Positions 47,623 through 57,784 of a stretch of 64,000 nt of DNA are shown in pieces (within the stretch, counting starts at the first letter, position 1; the number at the start of each line of letters is the position of its first letter). The notes beneath the pieces are model-generated. The model saw only the letters and a program-made list of their open reading frames with translations, was not told the origin of the DNA and searched no databases. Made by a program: the position numbers and the translations under genes. The stretch is from the human T2T-CHM13v2.0 reference genome, Homo sapiens: NCBI RefSeq assembly GCF_009914755.1, contig NC_060935.1, one strand, 5' to 3'.

Positions 47623-47671
47623 CGCCCAGGAGGAAGAGCAGAGCCACACTCAGTGCCAATAGCTTGTCCAT
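47623..47671 (-). pseudogene. Orphan PATE-like signal-peptide exon with mutated splice donor
   Basis: ACGATGG start context, MDKLLALSVALLFLLG + G (49 nt, phase 1) followed by ATGAGT, one change from consensus GTGAGT. Confidence 0.55.
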
Positions 47672-49938
47672 CGTCCTCAGGAAGGAGGTCCTGGAAGCAG
47701 GCTGCCACTGAAAGGCCAGCTTTCCCAGGCTTTGGCTCTCTCCTAGCCCTGGGCAGGGGGCAGGGACCCACTGTCTGCAGAGCCGTTTTGCTATCAGCAT
47801 CTTCTGACTCCCACTGCAGGAGTGTTACAGCCCCGTTGCACTTTCTGCAGAGTAAACACCCTAGTTTATGAAACTTTTTTTTCTGTTTTTTTAGGGCGGT
47901 GGGAGAACCTGAGGACAGGATCTCTGAAGGAATAGTAACATGGTGTACAGGAAGAATTGATGTTTGCTGGGAACCTGACACACTCCAAGCCTGAGGTCCC
48001 TGAGCAACTTCCCACCTCACTCCATCCCTCCTTCTCCCCTACCCCCTTACTCTCAGGTAGAGAGCAAGCCTCACACACAACCTGGGGAGAGTCCAGGCTG
48101 CAGTGCAAGGGCAGAGTAAAGGACTCCAGGCTGAAAATGCATCAAGTCGGGGAGCTCCACCTGCCTGAGGAAGAGCTCCTCCATCAGACCACACCTCCTG
48201 CCAAACAGACATACCTGGGGACCAGGTGAGCAGGTGATGGAAGAGGATACCATGTTTCCTGTTGAAACATGAATGGTACCTATCATGGTAAATCTATTCA
48301 TCATCCCGTATCATAGTATTCTCTATTCAGAAGCTGTCTGGACATGGGGAGTTATTCACTTGTCCTGTGGCCCTGGGCTGAGACAGTGACTGCTCAGGGT
48401 AGAACAAGAGTGCAAGGAAAAGTTGAGATGGGAGATAGCCGGCCTCTGTTTTAGGACATGACAAAGAAGGAATAAGGGACTTCATGAATGAGTGTGTGTG
48501 AATGGGAATGGGGTGGCATTGGGAGGAGCTGCTAAGAAAAGCAAAAGTTCATGGAAGAGAAAGGTGTCCCGTATTTAGGCTTCCTTTGATTCCCAGTTCC
48601 GATTTTAAATATGACTTTTTAAAGAGTGTTGTTAATAATAACATACAAGGATAATATGAAGAGTAGAAACAATAGTTATGGTGTCCCAGATCTGCTAAGA
48701 ACCTTATGAACAATAGTCTCATATGTTTCTGATAATAGCCTTAGAATTTAAGTGTGGTTATTTTCTCTATTTCCTTGATGAGGAAATTAAGGAAAACGAT
48801 TCAGTAACTCGTTGCCAGGGTTTCTTAGCCAATAAGTGCTGGCACGAGGCTTCAAACCCAGTCGCATCAGATTCTGGAGTGCGTGTTCTGGCCAGGGCAC
48901 TCCCCTTGTGAGTCTCAGCCTAGATGCTTCACTGGAAGATCTGATGGGGGTTGGAGTGGGCCTGGAAGCTTGTGGTAGTTCTGAACACCCAGTGTCTTGA
49001 ATGGTCAGAGGAGGTGGTTCCTGCACTGGGAGAGAGATTGTGCTTGATGATCTCTGAGTGGGCTGGCCACATAATACACCCTGGGGACTGAGACATAATG
49101 GGGAGGAAAAGGAGCTTTACTAATCATTAAGCTTGGACAAGGCCATAGACTAAGAATAAATCTAAGATTCATCAGGCCAAAATACGTGGCATTCCTCAAG
49201 GACCTCATGTCTTCATGGACCTCCCAATCTTCTTTTTTCTTGAATAGCCTGGATGCTCTGGGGTTTGGCATTATTCAGTCCTCCTAGACCCTCTACACAT
49301 ATCTCCCACCATAAATGAAGCAGAAATGTGGGGTGATGGTGTTCAGGGTCTCTGGAGTGTGGGTGATGGGGAGGAAGTGAGACTGCTTAGTGTGGGGCAC
49401 TATTCTGGGTATGGAAGTGATGATAACCCATGTGGGAAAGGTATGAAGGTTGTAGGTTCAGGTATGAAAGAATGAATATGAACTAAAGGGAATTGTGAGG
49501 AAAATACATACAGGTGGTCTTTGTTTTGCATGTGTCCCATATGCATGAATATAAGTTACCATGGATTAGTTAAATGACACCAGCCCCTCAATAACATAGT
49601 TCAAATTTTGGTTACCATGGTATATGTATTATGGATAGTTACATAAAGATGACCTTTGCTACTAGCTCTTCGGTCCACAAATCAACATGTAAATAATTTA
49701 TGCTTATCAATCAGTTATCAATCATGTCATTTCTTTCAAAGTCTGGCACTGTGCCTCTGTTCATTAGTTCACTCACAGACAACAAAGCATTTAGGTGTGT
49801 TGCTTCCTTGTCTCCTGGGAACATATTCACATGATTCAGGAACTCTCGGATAGACTGCATGATACCAAGAGTGCAAAGGGTAAAATGTTGGAAGCTGATC
49901 CAAACATAGAAAGAAGTATAGCAATCTATTCAGGGAGT

Positions 49939-50417
<479 letters not shown>

Positions 50418-52365
50418 TAATAATTTTGGTCTCTGTACATCAATTATGTTCTTATGCAATAGCAGTCATAAACTTTTCCTAGTGGAACCAAGCCCCATAA
50501 ATGCATAAACCCAGGATTTTGTTTTACAAAAAACAGCCAGGACAGAACATATACACCAGGCTAAATTGTTCCATTGGAAAGGACCCACCACGATCTTTTC
50601 CAGAGGAAACACCATTAGGATGTTCAATAAGCATAAATTTCCACTAGAAAATTTGACCAGATCCTTATTTTCTTTTTCGCAACCTCTCTTCCTATATTCT
50701 CCAGCTGATAGTACTTTTTTTTCCAAAATCACATTTTGTGTTATATTTGTTAATAACACATTCTTTAAGTCTGCAAAAATCAGAGAGGTGTTAGTAAGTT
50801 GATGAGTCAAAGAAATTTATTCTTTGGCATCTGCAATAATTCGTTTGTATCCCATTTCCATTATTTTCTACACCGTCCACAGCCCCTTTTCTGGCACAAT
50901 TATGATGGGGTGATGTAGGATTGGGAATCATGGGCACCCCTGGCATTCCTCAGCCACTGTGTGAGAGGCATATGCTGAGCATCCTGGTGATGGGGGTAAC
51001 ACAGCAAAGTGAGTCAGTTTGGGGTCTGGGTACAACATGGAACCACTTGTTCATGCACCTCACTCCTCCAGTGCTGCGGTGCAAGCCTGTCTTCCATGCA
51101 CGGGGAACGGGAGCTCTCATGCATCATAGCTGTGCACTCAAGGTGTAGATTTCAGGCAGGCTTTCTGTCTATGGAAGCATGGGGGTTCTTGGCCCTTCCT
51201 CTCCAGCAGCTGCTTTCTGGTCCAGCAGACCATCCTGCATTAATTCACAGGTGGTATCATCCTTTGCCTACTAGTACATATCTTCTGAGTGCCTGCTCTG
51301 CCCACTCAGCACGTGCTGTGCAGAGTGCTCTGGTTCACTGAAGATCTGACTGTTAAGGTCTCTGCCATGAAGGGTTGTCTAAATGGAGGAGAGAACCTGC
51401 CACCCCCACCTGGATTATTTTGTCTAGCATCCAAGCTGGAAAGCCCTGGTCTTGTTCCATGCTCTTCCTCTCCTTGGCTAGATCTCAGGAGTGCTGAGTA
51501 TCTAGAGGCTTGATTGTTTTTATCAAGCATGATGAATTAGCTAAAGACATTTTAGAGAATATCAGTAGAAAATTATAATTTAAAAAAAGTGAAAAGTATT
51601 TTGTACTCTAAGTGTCTTACCTGTCACACCCTAGTCCAGGCCCTACAGGTAGTATGTGTGGAAATTCTGAGCCTTCCAGCCTAGTGCTAGAGCAGTAAGT
51701 GAGAGCCTCTATCTACATAAACCCAGCTTGATTCCAATTCCTCTGTGTTTCAGCGACTGAAAAATAAGGGTATCAAAAGTAGCAGGAATTGTTTCTTACT
51801 TTGCAAAATAATCTATCACCTGTAAGGCCTCTGTTACTTTTGTTGTTTAGATAGCATTTGCTGTGTACTTGATGTGCTTTTGATAGACTGAAGACATATC
51901 TTAAGTGACATATTGAATGGTAGTAGCAGATACAGATCCTGCTATATGGATAATACTGAATAAGTATTTGCTATTATGACTACTCCCAGCATTGCCAAAA
52001 CCAATTCAGTAATGGGAGGGCCATGGTCCTGACTATAAGCTCAAACACAGAGAGGGTCGAAAGAAGAGTGAAAGGCCTGGACTTCACCTATGAGGAACAG
52101 GACGGGGCTTCAGGGATGTCCTTTATTCTTGGCAGCTCCAAAGGGGCTGGCTCTGTGGAAATCTTTCCTGAGCCTGGACAGTGGTGAAACACCCACTGGC
52201 GAGTGTGTAAAAGGAAGCTTCTGCCCACAGCCTGGGAGCAGCTCAGTCCAGACTCTCCAGCCTGCTCTCATCTGCACACTGAAGCAGACTGTCTTAGCCT
52301 TTCCGGAGCACTTAGCTGCCTGGTTCCAGCCACCCTGCTGTGTCTTTCTTACCTCCCAGACTGAG

Positions 52366-52426
52366 ATGGACAAGTTCCCGCTCATGCTCCTGCTGCTGGG
52401 GGTTTTTCCTCTTGTGTTCTTCCAAG
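52366..52426 (+). pseudogene. PATE/ACRV1-like LU pseudogene, exon 1 (signal peptide)
   Basis: MDKFPLMLLLLGVFPLVFFQ + G, 61 nt, phase-1 donor AAG|gtgtga; MDK start and hydrophobic core as in PATE1. Confidence 0.85.
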
Positions 52427-53276
52427 GTGTGAGTGAGGGTTTGGGCTGGCTGGGGCAGGAGGTGAGAACAGGGGCGAAGATAGCTGGCGAGCAGGCTGAA
52501 GATGATCTGGCCAGCACGGGAGGAGGTCAACACCAAGATTCTGGGATGATCTGACCAACAAGAATTGGAGGTGTCTCTCTGCTGTCCCCACCTCAACTCC
52601 TACCAGGGCAAGAGGTCAGGCCTCTTCCCGAGGTTTCACTCACTTGGGAAAATCAAGGCTGGTGTGTGTTTCTCAACATGGGGCGTTGAGGCTGTCTGGC
52701 TGGGATTATGTGGCAGAGCCAATGATTGCTCAAGGCTTTCTATATAGAAGCAACCTAGGGACAGTGGTCTAGTAGGTAGAAGTCACTGAAGGGCTTATCC
52801 TAAACCAGTGTTTCCATAGCAAACATCCTGTACAATCTTTCCATGGCAAGTTTCACTTAGATATGTTTGGATATCAGATACCTCTTTAGCAGGGTGTGGT
52901 GGGAAACTTTGTGAGAATGCCTCTCTTCCTTGAAGCCAGCACAGTCTTTATGCCTCTTTCATTTCCCAAGAGATCATCAACCTCAGAGAAGTTGTATGTA
53001 GATGCTCTGACTGTGCTCTGCACAAAGGCACCACTGTCAAAGGGATACCTTTTCTTTTATTTTCAATAAAATTAAATCACTTTACCAAATCTCCAGCTCC
53101 TTAAGGAACTAATGGACAAAATCTGATGGGAACATTTCCACCTTCTAAGACTATGCTGGGAGATGTTCTTAGGGTTATTCTTTGCCCTTGAACTCCTGGG
53201 CCCTAATAGTGGCCTAGCCCACCTTGGTCTCAGCCCATTCAGCCCTGGGCACAGCCTTCACGTTTATTTTCTACAG

Positions 53277-53403
53277 GTGATGCCACAATGTGCATGGTGT
53301 GCAAGCTTTTTAAGAGAGGCCAGTTTAATAGGCAAGGGCAACTGCACTGTGAACCATGGCTCTGGATGCAGAACCAGGGATTTCTTCATTTTTGCTGAGA
53401 CAG
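53277..53403 (+). pseudogene. PATE/ACRV1-like LU pseudogene, exon 2 (frameshifted)
   Basis: Acceptor tttattttctacag|, donor CAG|gtaatg; GDATMCMVCKLFKRGQ / frameshift at ~53324 / LIGKGNCTVNHGSGCRTRDFFIFAET; as it stands TGA at 53396-53398. Confidence 0.92.
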
Positions 53404-53544
53404 GTAATGCTGTGAGCCAGTCTGAGAGAGCCTTGCTGGGTGGTGAATGCATTCGGGGACCAGACGTGGCATGGATGGGGAAGGTCTCCCCACTTTGAGG
53501 TAAAGTATTGTTTCTGGCACTAAATGTGAATGCCTGTCTTCCAG

Positions 53545-53701
53545 GTGGGTGGTTCTATAATCACACGGAATTGAACTGCTTAAATACATGTGCGCCTTCA
53601 CATATGTATCTTATGACCTGAAGGTTTCAACCTTTTGCTGTAAAGATCAAGACTTCTGTAATAGAAATAAAGGACAATTAATGACCACGAAGACTGACTG
53701 A
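53545..53701 (+). pseudogene. PATE/ACRV1-like LU pseudogene, exon 3 (frameshifted)
   Basis: Acceptor cctgtcttccag|; GGWFYNHTELNCLNTCAPSHMY / frameshift at ~53610 / YDLKVSTFCCKDQDFCNRNKGQLMTTKTD*; hallmark CCx5CN motif. Confidence 0.93.
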
Positions 53702-53891
53702 CCATCACTTCCTTGGCAGTGGTGGTTTGCCCTTCACCTCTTTCTGTGCCAGTATCTCTGGTGTGCTCCCCCTCCCCACGTGCTCCTGCTGAGCCTGCAG
53801 GATCCTGGAGTGCCCTCCAAGTATCCCTCCTCACTTCTCTCCAGGCTACTGGCTCCATCCTTCTGACGCCAAATACTCTCAGTTCACCCTG

Positions 53892-54310
53892 TGATATTGT
53901 TGCGATGTTTGTCCCCTCTAAATCTCATGTTGAAATGTGATCCCCAATATTGGAGGTGAGGTCTGATGAAAGGTGTTTTGGTCATGGGAGCAGATTTCTC
54001 ATGAATGGCTTGATGCCCTCCTCATGGGAATGAGTGAGTTCTCACTGTATTAGTTGACATGAGAGCTGTGGTTTAAAAGAGCCTGGCACCTCCTCTCCTC
54101 TCTCTTGCTTTGTTTCTTACCATGTGGCACCCCTGCTCCCCCTTTGCCTTCTGCCATGAATAAAAGCTTTCTGAGGCCTCACCAGAAGCCAAGCAGATGC
54201 TGCTTCCATGTTTGTGCAGCCAGTATAGCCATGAGCCAAAATAAACCTTTTTTCCTTATAAATTACCCCGTCTCAGGTATTCCTTTATAACAATGCCAAA
54301 TGGATTAACC
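53892..54310 (+). mobile_element. MST (MSTB-like) MaLR solo LTR
   Basis: tgtttgtcccctctaaatctcatgttgaaatgtgatcccc..ttataaattacccc. Confidence 0.88.
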
Positions 54311-54579
54311 CTCGCTTCATTCTCGTCTTCATTCACATCTGCTCATCCCCAGCAGCCCTGTGTCGCTTGCATCTTCTCAGCCCTCACCATTCCTGCATTA
54401 ATTTGACTGACTAACTGCCCAGTTTCCAGTACCAACAACTTAGCAGTGACTGTAGAGAGCACAGAAAGGTAATGGGCTCCATTTCATACACCAGGAGGCA
54501 GAGGGGTCAGGGGAAAACTCAGGAAAACATGTCCACTTGGCAGAGGGACAGAGAGGGCTTAACGTCCAGGAAGGTATCA

Positions 54580-55010
54580 AGGCCTGGGGCAGACCAGTGG
54601 GGTCATCAGCTTTAGATGCCACCTACACACCCAGAACCTACTGATAGCCTAAGTTATGAGATGGAAAGAAGTAACCAGTGAGTTGAGTGAGAACAGGGGT
54701 GGATGAATCATAGACACTAGCGACCACCCAAATACAAAGGCAGTGAAGGTCTCTCTCCAAAAGATTGTTGAGTGGTGGTCAGAGAAGTAGCAGGGGAGCC
54801 AGCATTCAGCGGCATCACTGTCTGCTTGGACAACGTGGAGTCTGGGGCAGAGCAGCCTCACTGGGGAAGTGGGACAGAAGCCGCATTTCACTGGATGAGG
54901 AAAGAGGAGTCTGGGACAGGAGGAAATGGTGAGTAAGCGCAGCTCTTCCAAAAAGTGTAGGAAGAATGGAGAGAGTGGAGTCAAATTTTGTAAAGAAGAA
55001 TGAGTGTAAT
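54580..55010. mobile_element. L2 remnant
   Basis: ggtggtcagagaagtag..actggggaagtgggacagaagcc. Confidence 0.55.
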
Positions 55011-55763
55011 ATGTTTTTAGGCAAAAGAAGGTGTGTCTTCTCATTTTTTCACATTCCTTTAATGTAAAATTTCTCTTGTTTTGGCTATAGGAGTCTTTGT
55101 CATCATCTTATTATCTCTCTCAATGCATAGTTAAACATTTTTTCTCCCATTCTATAATTAATATATCCTGCTCGTTTTGTCTATCTCTTTCTGCTTGTTT
55201 TTCTTTTCATGTCTCTGCCCTTATCCATTTTTTCCTTTGTCCTTCTTTTTGCAGTTCATTTTGCAAAAATGGAATTATTATTTACATTTTAAAATTACTG
55301 TTTCCCATTTAATATTTAAAACAAAGTAAATGGAGTATGTTATATTTCTGTTGAAAAGACTAACAAAAATAAATTTCATTCCTTTTCTGTGGCTTATGTT
55401 TAAAACTTTTTCCTAACTCATTAGAAAAATATTCTAAAAATCTACTTTTCTGTGAGAATGTCAAATTTAAATATTTTCCATAGAATTTTTTCTCGAAATT
55501 TGAGACAAGATAGGAGATGAAAGGAAAAGCAGGTTAGATGAGGCATTGTGAGGCATGCCCTAAGTCATAACTTTGTTAGTAAATGTTAAAATATCAGTAA
55601 TAACCGTGACAGTATCCATGATGATAATCCTAATGCAAATATTCCAGCCTCAATTTATCTGGGTCTACTTATGCCTGGTCTCACCAGAAAAAAACCACAG
55701 ATGGATCATGGTGATGAAGGCAGGGGCGAGAGCGCTTTTTATTGTTTTTTAAGTTGCCTTTTA

Positions 55764-56465
55764 TCACCTCCCAGCCATTAGGATGGTTACTATCAAGAAG
55801 GCAGAAAACAACAAGCGTTGGGGAGGAGGTGGAGAGATAGGAACTCTTGTGCCCTGTTGGTGGAAATGGGAAATGGTGCAGCGGCTGTGGAAATCAGTGC
55901 AACGTTTCCTCAAAAAATTAAAAATAGAATGACCATATGATCCAACAATTCCAGTTCTGGGTGTATATCCCAAAGAATTGGAAGCAGGGTCTTGAAGAGA
56001 TATTTGCACATGCATATTCATAGCTGCATATTCACAATAGCCAAAAGAAGCCAGCAACCCAAGTGTCCACTGACAGATGGATGGATAAACAAAATGGGTT
56101 TCTATATCCTGTATAATTTTATTCAGCCTTAAAAAGGAATGAAATCCTACCACATGCTGCAGCGTTATGCTAAGTGGAATAAATCAGCCACAAAAAGACA
56201 AATACCTTGTGATTCTACTTATATGAGATATCTAAAGTAGTCAAACTCATAAAAACAGAAAGTGTTAATAAAATGATGGTTGCTGGGTTTGGGAAAGGGC
56301 AAAAGGAGTGTTGTTGTTTACTAGGTATAGAGTTTCAATTTTGGACGATGAAAAACTTCTGGAGATTAGCTGTACAACAATATGAATAAACACTACTGAA
56401 CTGTTTATTTAAAAATGGTTACAATGGTAAATTTTATGTCTTTTTTACTACAATTAAAAATTTTA
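55764..56465 (+). mobile_element. L1MB-like 3' end
   Basis: caacaagcgttggggagg..aaaatggttacaatggtaaattttatg. Confidence 0.85.
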
Positions 56466-56474
56466 GATACTCAG

Positions 56475-57450
56475 GGAAAATGGCAGATAAGAGGCAGGAC
56501 TAACCACTTGGATGGACACAGCAGTAGGTGGAGACCCACACTGTGAACTTTTGCTCCAAGAACCACCATAGGAACACACCAGGAAAGCTGAGAGAATCCA
56601 CAGGCCCTTTGAAAGAGGTAGATTGTTGCTGCAGGCTCCGTGGGACAGCTGAGGAACTGGGACAGCTTGCTTTCTCAGCTGGCAGGCTTGTAGCCTGGGG
56701 CAAGTTCTCAGACCTGCCCAGAGGCTGCCTGGAAATAAACTTAGTGCTGTCGGTGGGGGGCACGGGGAAGTGAGACTGGCCTTTCAGGCTGCAGGCTGCA
56801 GGGGAGCTGAGTGAGGCCTGTGGCTGGAGGCTTTCCCCCACTTTCCTGGTGAGCTGTGTGACACAGCAGAGGCAGCTATAATCCCCCCGGAAACATAACT
56901 CCATTGGTCACCCCCATACCCCACAGCAGCCATAGCAAGCCCCATCCCAGAAGAGTCAGCTCAAACATGCTTAACTCTGCCCCCACCTGATGGTCTTTCT
57001 CTACCCACCCCGGTAGCTGAAGACAAAGGATAGCTCTATGGGAGCTCTATGGCCCTGCCCACCACCTAAGAAACCTGAATACTTATCCAAAGGCAACCCT
57101 AGGGTAAACTTGTATCCTCCCTATAAAACTGTAGCTAATGCATTCTTGAAAGTGCCACCTTCTGGCTGGAGACCAACCAACACAAAACCAGTGCACTTAT
57201 CAAAAATACAACCAACGACCCTCACAGAGTCCACTTCACTGCCCAGCTACCTCCACTGGAGGAGGTTTCTCCATGGCTGAGAGACCTGAAGATGGATCAC
57301 ATCATATGACTCTTTGCGGACACTCCCCAGTACCAGCCTGGTGCCTGGTAGCTCTGCTGGGTGGCTACATCCAGAAGGGAAATAACAAACACTGCAGCTT
57401 GGCTCTCAGGAAGCCACATCCCTAGGGGAAAGGGGAGAGTACCACATCAA
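56475..57450 (+). mobile_element. L1PB-type 5'UTR fragment
   Basis: aaaatggcagataagaggcaggactaac start; cctaggggaaaggggagagtaccacatcaag end. Confidence 0.65.
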
Positions 57451-57784
57451 GAAGGTCTGAGAAACTGCCACAGCCGAGAAGAGGGTAAGGACACATGATG
57501 AGTAAAAACAATGTGTTGCCCTGGAAGAGAAAGACAACGTTAAGTAAGACATTAATGAAATCTGAATATGGTATAGAGTGTAGTTACTAATATCAGACAA
57601 ATCAAAATTGGTTCGTTTTTTGTGGACAAATAGACCATTTTAATGTAAGCTGTTAACAACAGGGGGCACTAATGGGGAGTACGAGGAAACTGAGCTATGT
57701 CTGAAATTTTTCTGTAAATTTAGAATTACTGTAAATTAAAAGTTGTTAAAAAAATTCAAAACAATTATTAAAGAGAGATATTAT

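Noticed and set aside
53163-53498. 111-aa ORF overlapping pseudogene exon 2
   Set aside because: It runs through intronic sequence on both sides and captures only the post-frameshift half of the exon.
53324-53612. Idea that the -2 and -1 frameshifts compensate and leave a functional protein
   Set aside because: The shifted frame hits TGA at 53396 and a TAA early in exon 3 before the frame is restored.
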